64,000 nt of DNA from Tubulanus polymorphus (lineage: Eukaryota; Animalia; Nemertea): contig NC_134028.1 of the NCBI RefSeq assembly GCF_964204645.1, positions 17,739,653-17,803,652 on the forward strand, given 5' to 3'. Within the stretch, counting starts at the first letter, position 1. Each line of letters begins with the position of its first letter. Below, piece after piece: positions 35,589 to 47,927 of this stretch. The notes under the pieces are model-generated. The model was given only the letters and a program-made list of their open reading frames with translations. It did no database searches and was not told the DNA's origin. The position numbers and the translations under genes are program-made.

Positions 35589-36450
35589 GGCGCTTTTTTT
35601 CTAATTACTTGGATTTTGGATCTGACGCCGAGAATTCCCAGTTTTCTTGAATAATAAAAAAAAATCTTTCTTAATTTCTATATCCGTTATCAGCCCTAAC
35701 GTAAAACGGAAATAAGAAAAATAAAAATCTTTTATCTCATTTTCTTAAGCGTTCCCTGCGAGTATTTTCTATCCCAGAGCGAAAAAAAATTAACCAAATT
35801 GCGAGCATCATACACACATATTGCAAAAACGCGTTCATTTGGTTAAGTTGACTGTGCCAGGACTCGAGCCCTTAACGGTATAGCCCGCAACAATTAAATC
35901 GTGCCGTCATGTGCTGCCACCTGGCACTGAAACATGGCCTGTTTTTAGATTATGTAGTTATTTAAGGGCTTGTTACAAGAGGAAAATGCAACTAAAATAC
36001 ATGTGAAGCTTGAAATCTCATCAGTGTGTTAATTTAATTCTATTCTTTGTGGATTTATAAACTGTCTAGTGAAATGGCGTAAGTTCCAGTCCGTAATAGT
36101 CTGACACAGAGCAGTTTCGATACATCTCCATTTAATGATGAGGTTTTACTTGACTCTGTAGATAAATAGAGAGCCATTAGCTATCCTATATACTTGAGAT
36201 GAAACTGGAATTCTTACATGACTGGATTCTCGGCGATCAATCAGAAATCCAAGCAATTCATAAAACAGCTCAATTACTTTGGAATCTTAGATTCTTAACT
36301 GAAAAATGTTTCCTTCTTTAAAATTTTCCACCCACATAAAAGTGTACACCACCTCACAATAAAAAGGTTTTTTTTTTTAATTTCTCCCTTTACCCAACCG
36401 AAGATTTCCTCCCAAAATCCCGAAATCCAAGCAATTTTTAAAAAAGCGCC
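35589..36450. mobile_element. Kolobok-like MITE
   Basis: GGCGCTTTTT..AATTACTTGGATTT / AAATCCAAGCAATT..AAAAAGCGCC with TAA-containing flanks. Confidence 0.7.
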
Positions 36451-36520
36451 TAACGAGAGAAATCCAACAATAATGAAGCCAAAAATGAAAAGTTTTATAT
36501 CAAAATTATTATATTTAAGA

Positions 36521-36558
36521 GCAACATTTCGGCTTAATGCTATTAACCATCATCAGGC
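36521..36558 (-). ncRNA. Hammerhead ribozyme motif in the 5' pLTR (degenerate)
   Basis: GC-CUGAUGA-U-GGUUAA(UAGCA)UUAAGCC-GAAAUGUU-GC. Confidence 0.5.
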
Positions 36559-36800
36559 GATGATGGTTTAAGTAATTAAAAACAAATTTAAGATTTAAGA
36601 TTTAAGTAATTAAAAACAAAAACCAGGACACTAAGGAAGAAAACAAAGAAGGCAAACGACAAACTTAGGGTAAAGTAGCGCGAGATTAAAGTAATTTAAA
36701 AACAAAGCCCAGAGTAATTCTGAAGCAGGGACAAACTAGACAAAAACAAAAGGAAAGGACATCAAGAATGTATCTTCTTTCAGATACGTTCGCTAACAGC

Positions 36801-39800
36801 CAGGGTCTTAGCCAGCACCCGTCCTACCCGTCATTTACGACGGGGAGAAAATTAAAAACATAAATTGACGGGACGGTCAAATTTCAGTCTACGGCTCAGA
36901 ATGTAAAGCTTTTCTCAAATATGACACGCTGTGTAAACATGACAGGCGTTTTATTTTGCTCTAAATCCATCTGACACTTTACCATAAATAAATGATGACC
37001 CTTCATGGAGAAAGTCATGATGCTGTAGGCTGTTACTTAAAAATAGCTTCCATGCTTAGCGACGAACCACAAACAGATGTTATGTATATCAGTGCTGAGT
37101 GTCTAGTGACAGTGCATAGCCTCGTTTTGAATGAATCGATATATGTAATTTCAATATCAGTGCTAGCTGCGATGTCTGCTACAGGTTTGTTTTTACTTAG
37201 TTTTTCAGTAATATAGCTATTGATATGTTTTGTCACTAACGTCATAAAAAAGAAATAAGGAGTTAAATTAAATGACATATATAGATATGTAATCTTTATA
37301 AGTAATCTTAAGTTAAACACAGAAAATCTCCCTTTGAAACAGCAGAGTGGTAATACTTAACTGCTAAATGGCCGAAAACAATCTGAATCAATGATTTGTC
37401 AGTAGGCCTATTGCTAATGGCCTGATGTTTTCGTTTCCTGCTCTTGTTGGCATATCATGTTATATATCTTGCCAATTTAAAGCATATCCATGCCATTGTA
37501 TTGAAAAACTCATGGATATTGCATAATACTTTGAAATAGTTGAAATGACATGATACCCAGTTCTCCTTTGCGTTATTATTCTACTGAGTCAGTGACGTCA
37601 TCTATTGCCGGTGTTTGATTGGTTTATACCTATGTGTAAACAATAACAATACCATGTGCTTGCGCACATGCACATGGCTTATGTCAAGAATAAATAATAA
37701 TAACATTGATGAAATCAGCTCGTGTTGTTTATTTCATGGAAATTTTGAAATTCTGAAAATTAATTTCCGAATAGTGTTATTAGGCCTAGATTTTCATTAT
37801 TTGTTGCACGACAGTAGCAGTCTATTTTCTTCATAGAAATATAAAAATTCATTTTAACGGAATAAAAGGAAGTCCGATAATACACTAATACAGCAGATGA
37901 AGATAAGCCGATTCTTTGCATCTCCAGCAGGCCCAACCTCATATCTACCACTAGACCCTGAAAATCGCGATGTCGAAACTGATGACTCCACCACGGAACC
38001 GTCATGACCAATCACCACCAGTAGCATCGTTGCATCAACCAGTGACACTGAAGTTGCAAAAACAAATGAAAAGACTTTCTCCGAAAAATGGAAGCAATAC
38101 ACCTGGCTTTCATATGATCAAGCTAAAAACAGAATGTTTAGTAGCCTTTGCAAGAAGGCTGGGAAATCGGGACCATTTGGCAATAACGGATCTCAGAATT
38201 TTAGGCAAAGAAACGCTTATTATGTATATTAATCATCAATTACATGTACACTGTTAAATGGAATATTAGAATAAAGAATGCATCTTCCAGGAAAAAGTCT
38301 CTTCTCGACCACTGCCAGTCTGTGGATCATCATCACGCAGTTGAGATGAACGACCCTAATCAGCAGAAGTTCGTTGATGACTCATAAGAATTACACAGCC
38401 GGTATATCATGAATAATTTAAATGCAGCTGTTGCTGGTTTGAAAACTGTGTATTTCTGCGTAATGAATGAATTGCCCAATAGTAAGTTTAAGCCTTTACA
38501 ATCATGGGGACGCAACATGGACATAAAAGAACTCCATGACCTACGAAAAGGACGAAATGATTCTCATGATTCTCCTGAAACATTTAACGAGGTGAATAGA
38601 CATTTTTTTATTCTAAAGAACTTCAAAATCATACAAACATTTCAATTCAATATGATATATATTCTCCACTAGTCGGTATGTTTCACATTAATTAACTTTC
38701 AGATGTTACACTGCTTGAGTGATGTCCTCGATAATAAATTAAAAGAAATCCTGAAAAAATCACCCTTCGTATGAATTGGCCTGGATGAAAGTCCTGACAG
38801 GTCATCCGAGCAACATTCAGTCATCATCATTCGGTATGCATTCTCTTCTGTTCAGCAGTGATAACTATATCTAGTCACAACGCAAAGAAAACTTGTGAAA
38901 AATATTTTCTTCAGATACATAAATCCAGATTCAGCAGATGTCGTTACAACTTATCTGAAAATGAAAGAATTAAAAGATGGTTCAGCATCAGGTATATACA
39001 ATACATTACTTTCAGTGTTGGAGGATTATGGTTTAAACCCAACGTCTATAATTGGCTTTGGCTCGGATGGAGCCAGTGTATTCACTGGTCGAGAAAATGG
39101 CGTTGCGAAAAAACTATGCAATGATAATCCATTTGCAATCCCTGTACATTGCATATGCCACAGATTACACCTTCCCATCAGTCAAGTGTGCAAGAATATT
39201 CGAGCTATGAAGGTAAATTAGTCATTCAAAATTCTTCTTTCAACTTAAAAGATACATGTATTAACATAACTTGTCTTATAATTGCAGGTTTTAGCCACCA
39301 TGGTATCTACAATATATACCTTCATCCAGCTATCCCCGAGAAGACTGGTCATGTTTAAGGACATGGCAAGTTGATTCACTGAAATCCAAAAAACTGTTTG
39401 AAATCAGATGGCCTTCACTTGGTGAATGTCTGAGATCAATTATTACTTTGCTTGTGTCCCAAGAAGCTGGAAAAGGAGATGCAACAGCAACTGGGCTCTA
39501 TCAACAGTTGACATCATACAAGTACCTTGCTCTTCTTCATATGGTGGCTGATGTGACAAATGCGTTAATTCACCTCGCAAAAATTTTTCAGTACAGGGAC
39601 GTTTCATTCAGTGCAGTGAAATCAGCTGTAAGCAAAAATTTATAACCTGTTTATATCCATTTGCTAACATATATGACTTTTTTTTATGAGTTTTTTTAGA
39701 CATTGTTTTTTTATAATATATTTTGATTTGCTTTATTACGGAATTCTCTTTAGCTCGACGACGTTAAATCTACAATACGAGATATGATTGACCAGAATGG

Positions 39801-40794
39801 GGATAATCTGACTGAGTTCCAGGAAAGTTTTGACCTCAATGGACAATATAAGGGCAATAATATTACAACAGCAGCACCAGGTCGGAGAGCAGCTGGTGGT
39901 GATGCAGCTGAAGGAAACCAAATTGCCCAGTTTAGGAGATTGAGAGCTACTGTTCTCAACAGTCTCTTAGATAATCTAAAAAGCGATTTCCAGCCATTGA
40001 TTTGATCGATGCAATGCAGGTAGGCCTTACCAAGATGATTTTTACAGTTTCAATATATAGTTACAGTTATATATATATATATATATATATATTGGTGTAT
40101 AGTCATTGTGATGTTTACCTGAAATTTTCTTTTAGATCTTTGATTGTAAATCACTGCCTGAAGATAACCTGCTGCAATGGGGTGTTGCCCACTTGGCTGC
40201 TCTATTACGTCACCTCGGAGAGGAGAAAATGGTTAATAACAGAGTATTTCCCCCATTAGTAGATGCTGAGGTAGGCCTTTTGTATTGAAGCTGGTACTGC
40301 ACTCATTCCATTGCAAACTTGTTATTTATTCATCTACTCATTGTAGATGTGTCATCAAGAATTCCTGATGTTTAAACGTGTAATGGTGCGGCACAGCCTT
40401 GTTGATGAACAACAACATCGCAGGAGACCTCTTGAACTATTCAAGGTCCTTTTTGAGAATCAGGAGCACAGAGAGCTGTTTCAAGGTACCTTACTTCATA
40501 AATTACATTAACCAAAACAAAACCGATTTTCTAAATGTTCTCAGAACCGAACTAAAATCATTTTCAGGGATGTACAAGCTATTTTCCTTTTGCTGCCTGG
40601 TTATGATGGGCTATGCTGAAGCCGAGAGGGCATTTTCTGTTCAAAACAGAGTCAAGACAAACCTCAGAAACCGCCTAAATATAATTCAGCTAGATCGCCT
40701 TATTCGAGTGAAATATGCTGCTTTTCCAGATGAGGCATTCCACTTCGAGCAGGCAGCCAGAGCATGGCTCAACCGGAGATGGCGGAGACAGTAG
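36801..40794 (+). pseudogene. Decayed intron-containing hAT (ZNF862-like) transposase with left TIR at 36801
   Basis: CAGGGTCTTAGCCAGC terminus; WKQYTWLSYD..MF..LC zinc finger, IGLDESPDRS, FGSDGASV, VHCICHRL, FEIRW, AEAERAFSVQNRVKTNLRNRL; many stops and frameshifts; right TIR not found. Confidence 0.85.
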
Positions 40795-42074
40795 TATTTT
40801 TGTAAATAATAACCAAATATAAACTTACACCTTCTCAGTCAGTGTTGAATTGAGCTTTGTTTCTTTTTATCTATTTCTATCATTGCTCACATGTTTACAG
40901 GCTCTATATATCTTATTCTGCTCCATTCCTGACCCCAAGTGCTTGGAAATATTTTTCACTATATGGAAAATATTTGAATAAAATTCATATGATATCACTA
41001 ATCAGAGGGTGGCTAAATCGTCTTGACAATCTTTTACAATGTATGGCCGCATAAGCTACGTTATATACCACCGTAATTAAAAATCGGCATATGTTTGTAG
41101 ATCGTGTGAATAAATAGTAGAGTCCCAAGAGGAGCCCCTATCTATAATCTTCCAATCTATCACTCAAGCCAAGCGTATTGTGCCTGAATTAAAACAATGA
41201 CTACAAGTACTTTCATCGAGCATGTAGGCTTTGTTGGATGAATCGAAGTGCGCGACCGCAGATTCTAAATATAGATTTTCCGCGCAGCGGTATTGCGTGT
41301 ATATACATGTACATTATTGATCTGCACAGTGGTTCTAGACAACAGCGGTGTTTCGCAATGATGTTGTAAAAAAGATTTCAGAGATCGTAGCACCGGTTTT
41401 ATGAGACACTTTTACGGTCTGTTCTTTATGTATGCTACGATCTAACTTTCAACTTTTCCCAAGTAACGAGTAATTAACGAGTGAAATAATTCATATTTAA
41501 AACAGTGAATATTTATATCTATATGCGTTAAATTCTTATTTTTATGTTTAAAAAGTAACGAGTAAAGTGTGAGTGAAATAATTCATATTCAAACGTCCTA
41601 TGTTTTTGTCAGCACGACCACCACTACTTAGAAGTATTGAATTAATTGATTTTGTCCATACATATGATAGATTTCTGTCAGTAGAGTACATATCTATGGA
41701 GTTAGTGTTAAAAAGTGCTAATCACTGCTCGGAAATAAACCCCATTTACGAGGATTTTATTTTGCTGACTGGAGGTGAGTTTCTATTAAAAAACTTTTGA
41801 GACATCTTGCTAAGTTTTTTCACTGGTTCCTGAGACCTTTCAGAGCAATCTTTAACTCCCAAAGGAGTGAATTTCTCTTTTCCTCTAAACAAGGAAGGTT
41901 GTTGATGCTTGGACAGCAAATGGCTGTCTAAAGTTCCACCATTTTGATACAGTTAAATTGTAATTAAGTTGCCTAATTATGTAATTAGTTAATTTTGTAA
42001 TTAAACCCTTTCGTGAAACCGAATTTTAATCGAAATTAACTAATCATGATTAAGGAAATTTAATCATGATTTAG

Positions 42075-44386
42075 GCATCCGTATTATGAAAAAACACACA
42101 AGTCATTGCAACCAGCTAAAGCAGAATGTGATTTCAGCTACGCATTAATTCAGAGCGTCTTAGCTGCATTCAACAGGATGACTGTCAAAGGCTACTTGAA
42201 TGTGTCTTGGAACCTAGTCAGGGGAAAATTCAGTGAGAATTATTTGAAGCAAATAACAATTGTGCATTTATGCTGTGCACATATGCCGAAACTGTTTTCT
42301 GTAAGCCTCGTTGAGGTCCTTGGAAAAAAACAAAAGAAATTGAAGAAATTTTGTATGTTTGTGTTTGCGTTGATACAGAACGCTACAGCTTTGGACGAAG
42401 CAACAAGTCTGATAAGAAAATGGGCAGTTATCTGCTTAACAAAACATGAGTCAACAAAGGTAGATCGTAACATCGCAGAGATAGCCGCTTTTGTCGAGGA
42501 GAGATGTATTAAGCTCCCAAAAGTTGATGGTGGCCAAGAGAAGAGGAATCAGGAAAATAATGAAATATGCTTGGAGAGTGGGACAACAATCAAAGAATCA
42601 TCACCATTCTATCAGCAAATCAATCAAAAAGTCACGAATCTGAAGATAGCAAAGAAAGGGAAGAATGTCAATGAATATTTTGCCGAGGAAGTTATTCGAA
42701 TGTTTGTTGACAAATATGCAGCTGTACTCCCGTTATGGACAGGGATATGCTTCCCAAGAAAAGAAGCATTAAATAACCTAACGAGAGATAGTAATGCAAC
42801 TGTTGAATCCTGGTTTAAAGTCGTTAAAAAAAATGTTTGTAAAGGTGCGAGGGTGCGCCCATCGGCACTTGTTTTAAAGCTATATAAAACTGTCAAGTCG
42901 AGAGCCCTGGAAGCAGAATTCGGACGTGCACAAAGAGAGAACAAAAACAAGAAAAATGAAGGTTATTACTACGAGATGGCAGAGGAATATTGGAGCAAAA
43001 AAGGACATAAAAAGCTTGCGAATGATTCATCAAAAAAAGACTCCAAACCCGCCAGAAAATCGAATAAGGAAGATAACGTAGAGCACGATCTGAAACGTCT
43101 ACAATTAAAAAGAGTAATAGACAGAAAACCTTGAACAACAAACCAAGCGCTACATCTACATCTAATGGCTCCAAACCTTGCAGTAGACCGAAAAAGAAAA
43201 CTGAGAAAGAACCCGGGATTCCTACAGCTAGGAAATCCAGAAGAAATCCAGAAAGTGATAAACAGCATAACTCAACAAGATTACCAATGGTACCATCGTG
43301 GGGCGGCATAACATCAAATGGCGTACAACTTATAAATACATGTCCTTTGGATAATTTTCTAACCATGATGTATGTGCGATTTCTGGAAGATCAAAGATTT
43401 GGAAAAAGACTTGAGACGTGACACGAATATGGTTTTTTTTAAGCTGCTTCAGTGTATGGAGTATGGTAAAGGGAAAGTTCGCGGACGCTAAATTTGTATG
43501 GTCCGAGGAAGAAACTGATGATGATTCTGTTGCTATGGATTTCTATGGCACAGAGTATGAAGCATTCGTAAAGGAAATCGATCAGCTCATTACCTCTATA
43601 ATGGAGGTTTTGTGTTCAAATCGTCATTGTCCTGGAACAAGAAAAAATAAAATCACTTCTTGCAAAGTTCTACGTGGTATTGTTCTAAGGTGAGTAATAT
43701 TGAATAATCTTAACTAAATAAATGTTCGACTAGTGCTTCGAAGTATTTGTATATAATGCTGTCATTGTCATATTCTTTCAGGCAAATCGACGATGGACGT
43801 ACACACAGCGTACAAAATCTGGTTGACAGCTGGTTAGCTCAAGAAGTTGTTGAATGCAATCAAAAGTATGTGTCTTTTCCCGGGAAAAATGTCGACGCAT
43901 TGGAGAGACAAGAGGACTTCAATGGTCACAAAAAGTATGTTGTTGATTTTATACATATGATTTTTTAATACATACGCACATATACACACGTACGTACATA
44001 CATACATACATACATACATACATACATACATACATACATAATGGTTTCCTGTATTTTTCAGGACTGTTTGGTGCTGCACAGGCATAAAATCGATGCAACG
44101 TTCTTTGTTGAAAGGACAATTTCCTCCGGTGATTGTGTTACAAGTGCATGATTTAGTGGCAGCAGGTATCTTCAGAACGCAGTACTGGGATATTGATGAT
44201 GAACTGCACGTGTCTGGTATCAAGTTTTATCTCTGTGGGGTAACGCTACATCGTAAAGATCATTTTGTCAGCCTAGTCAAATCGAAAAAACATGGTTGGC
44301 TGACATATAATGGTTTGAAAGGAAAACTTCGTAGAACCTCAACTGAATCAGGCTCATTGCAGTGCTTGATCTACTCGAGTTATTAG
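42075..44386 (+). pseudogene. NOF/FB-like (MULE-related) transposase C-terminal half fused to a USP-like cysteine protease; spliced, frameshifted
   Basis: DFSYALIQSVLAAFN, LCCAHMPK, LPLWTG, SNATVESWFK; then LINTCPLDNFL (Cys box) and LHRKDHFVSLV...WLTYNG (His box). GT-AG introns at 43690-43781 and 43935-44061. Confidence 0.7.
43993..44040 (+). repeat. (TACA)n microsatellite
   Basis: Directly visible. Confidence 0.95.
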
Positions 44387-45043
44387 GAGTCATTGCGCTG
44401 GATATTATTGTGGCTATTGTAAATGTTTGAAGGATTACATATTGTGTGACCAATATTAAATGATATTTTTTTTCCAATATACTTCATCATATTTCATATA
44501 TACACATTATTGTCGTATAATACATACTCTATTTTTAAAGAGAAATTATAACAAAAATGGTTGAATGAATGAAGGATAGAACCCGGTGAAACCCGGGTTC
44601 AACGAGCTAGTGTAGATGTGGTTTATGGACAAAAGTTTCTCAAAATCGTATTTTGATTATAAAACCTTCAAATGTTCACCTACATTGATACCTAGACATT
44701 TAGCAGACTTTGTCTTTATCCTATTGTGTAGGAATATTATTGATTGGATTGTCATTTCTATGTCTATGTCATTTCTATTTTATTAATTCGTTTGCTTTCT
44801 TTTCGTTACTTTTCTAGTAGCAACGTGGTTGTTTTCTTTTACCAGATGCTTATTTTGCCCCAGATAGGCCGAATTTTCAACTAGAAGTTTGAAGATAGGT
44901 CTTCTTGGGGACGGTTCTCAGAATAGAATTGATAAGCAAAACATTTTGCCACGTCTTATGTCTGAGGAAAAGGTCGGTATCTGTCGGTTCTGTATCATCG
45001 TAGCTTGACATAGGTCCAACTTGCACCGTAGTAAGAACTTATA

Positions 45044-45155
45044 CTGTGGAACCTCGTTACAACGAACTTCAGAGGACCAGAAAGTCCGTTCGTTATAACC
45101 GAAAATTTGTTATACCCAGTATGTTATCCGAGTTCGTTATAACGTAGTTCCACTG
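45044..45155. mobile_element. Tiny Tigger/pogo-like MITE
   Basis: TA|CTGTGGAACCTCGTTACAACGAAC / GTTCGTTATAACGTAGTTCCACTG|TA. Confidence 0.7.
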
Positions 45156-45270
45156 TACTGTACACTGCACCCTTATTTGATTAACCTTTTTAACTTGGAT
45201 GTTTCTGGAAATAATTTTGTGTCACTATAATCGGAAGTCATTCAAACCGAAGGATCTCTCTCTCTCCTTA

Positions 45271-46445
45271 CTTGTACCGCGGTTATCATTAGTGCGATGT
45301 GAATATTGCTTATGAGCTTGACTTTATCACCCTAGGACCGGGCCGGGTAGGAAACACATTTTGGACTGCCGGACCGCGGGAGATAATATTTTTTCAAAAG
45401 TGGATCTTTGGGTAATATCACATCGAGGACCGGGCCCATGACTGGCTATGACCGAGGCAAGAACCTGGTATCGGACTCGATAATTGTACTGCGGCGGATA
45501 TTGGTTTTGAGTTTGACTTAGTCATTTTGATGGTTTCGTCAATTCGTCGATAGTCAATTCGTGAAACAGATTGACGAAGTGACGATCGAAGTGACGAATC
45601 GACCAAAAGTAACGAATGACTAATTTTGACGAATGTATCATACGGTAAGATGCAGATAACTTTATTACTGCATATTTCGAGCAAAAAAGTTAAAGTTTAC
45701 CAGGTCATATCACCCTAGGACCGGGCCAGGTAGGAAACACATTTTGGACTGCCGGACCGGGGGAGATGATATTTCAATAAAGAGGATTGATGTTCGTCCT
45801 TTATCTAGTCTACAGACGTTTTTTTTTTGGTCATATCACATGGAGGACCGGGCCCATGACTGGCTATGACCGAGGCAAGAAACCTGGTACCGGACTCGAT
45901 AATTGTACCGCGGTTATCATTAGTGCGATGTGGTTATTGCTTTTGAGTTTGACCTAGTCATTTTGACGGTTTCGTCAATTCGTCAAACAGAGTGACGAAG
46001 TGACGATCGAAATGACGAATCGACCAAAAGTGACGAACGACTAATTTTGACGAATCTATCATACGGTTAGATGCACATAACTTTATTACAGTGTATTTCG
46101 AGCCAAAAAGTTAAAGTTTACCAGGTCATATCACCCCAGGACCGGGCCGGGTAGTAAACACATTTTGGACTGCCGGACCGCGGGAGATAATATTTCTTCA
46201 AAAGTGGATCTTTGGGTCATATCACATCGAGGACCGGGCCCATGACTGGCTATGACCGATACAAGAAACCTGGTACCGGACTCGATAATTTTACCGCGGT
46301 TATCATTAGTGCGATGTGGTTATTGCTTTTGAGTTTGTCTTAGTCATTTTGACGGTTTCGTCGATCGTCAATTCGTCAAACTAATTTCACGGCTAATACG
46401 AACGAACGTTCGTCGATCGTCAATTCGTCGATCGTCAAACTAACT
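45271..46445. repeat. ~400-bp tandem repeat x3
   Basis: ATCACCC(T/C)AGGACCGGGCC at 45326, 45709 and 46130; GACGAA subrepeats. Confidence 0.85.
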
Positions 46446-47927
46446 TCACACACCTTCAGTTTTGTTGTAGCTAATGCAATAACCAAACTTATTCATCATT
46501 GTGATGACCTTCCTACAACCAGTTAGTGACTTTAATGTCATGGCTGTTAGAATGTGTTTCGGGGGTTTGAGACTGCCAGTCTTAATTGCATACAGTGCAC
46601 CTTGACTGAAAGCATCATCTCGACCTTTAGCAGTGTCTGAATGATCATGGTGATTTGGCCCTCCAATTAAAGTTGCAAAAAAGGTTTTCACTACATTGGG
46701 AGGTAGAGCTTCTCCTTTTTTCATTGCTTCAATCGTCAAAGGGTTCGGTAATGGCTCCCTTTCTATCTTTTTCAGTAATTTGCGTAATAATAGTGCTGCA
46801 TGAATAATCTGCCCTTCTTCAGATGTTTTATAGTTGAAAACAACTTTCAGGGATGCATAGTCAAGTTCTGCCGCATAAACTATTATCCCATCTGGTTTTT
46901 TTTCAGGGGTATGAAACTTTATCTGATTACGGAATCTACGCAACAACAATTCTCCAAAATATTGTACTTTAGTTATTGGGGAGCCATTAAGTTCCATGTC
47001 ATTACAAAAGTCTATGTACCTATTATAAACAGAAAGTAGTAATTCTGGACGCTTTTCATTTATGATTTTTTGTTTAACATAGTCATATGCATTATCCAGA
47101 GGAATTTTATTGTCAATTGGTTCTACTTCTTCATCAGTAGTAGGTAACTTTTTTATACGACTGAGCTTGCTGATCAGAGCAGCACGACAGCTGTGATGTA
47201 CTTTTGCCTCCTTAGCGATCAAGTCGACTCCAGCGATTTTTACTGCTACAGATTGAAGATTCAATGTACTAACTATTTGGCGGATAGTTTCCTCTGCAGA
47301 TTTTGTTTGTATTTGACCAAGATACTCTTTTGCCCCCTGATTTCTTACACTGCTTATCACAAAATAAACAAGCGTCAGGAAAAATGCCAACAGTACTTGT
47401 AGTTTCTCCTTGACTGGTAGATGGATGGGGTGAAAAACTTCGTAACAATCTTTGCTCAGGAACATTATTTTCATACCCAGGTGACTGGGCACTTCTACTT
47501 GAAATAGCTGTGAAGTTCTTATAACACCTACTGTGATAACCACCAATAGTCGGTAAATGATGCGGCTTCTTTTCAATAGCATTATGATAAATTGAGGTAT
47601 CATAGCTCCGCATATGGCGTCTCACATCAGCAGAACGATTAAATGGCTGCCAAGTTGTATCAGACCATCAGACCATTAAATTATCTGATGGCTTTAAGCA
47701 GATATGACATACCTCACTAGGGTCATCATTTCCTGTACAAGAAATTGGGTAAAGTGAAACATAGTTTCTAGGAACCTGAATCATGATATCATTCCACCTA
47801 GGTTGGGCCTTTAGTGAACAACAACAAATTGGGATTCTAAGTCTGAATATATTCAAATACATTTTTATGAACCAGTATTTAGGATTATGAATGATTACTC
47901 ACCATTAGTGCCAGCTTCAGATGCCAT
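46446..47927 (-). pseudogene. Academ-like transposase N-terminal part, frameshifted and truncated
   Basis: YHSRCYKNFT, CLFCDK, AKEAKVHHSCR, KPPKHILTAMTLKSLTGCRKVITMMNKFGYCISY; mini first exon 47903-47927; possible TAG-starting terminus at 48835. Superfamily call from recalled motifs. Confidence 0.6.

Larger units (their letters stand above)
30865..36765 (-). mobile_element. Degenerate near full-length Penelope-like retroelement with direct pseudo-LTRs (30865-31200 and 36455-36765), interrupted by insertions
   Basis: Duplicated terminal region; ORF pieces in order: N-terminus (35461-35090), RT core (34035-33670), RT thumb plus GIY-YIG (32058-31400). Confidence 0.8.
41141..44610 (+). mobile_element. 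Non-autonomous Helitron (candidate boundaries)
   Basis: 3' hairpin GAACCCGG-TGAAAC-CCGGGTTC followed by CTAG|T; candidate 5' end A|TCTATAATCT. The 5' end is less certain. Confidence 0.6.
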
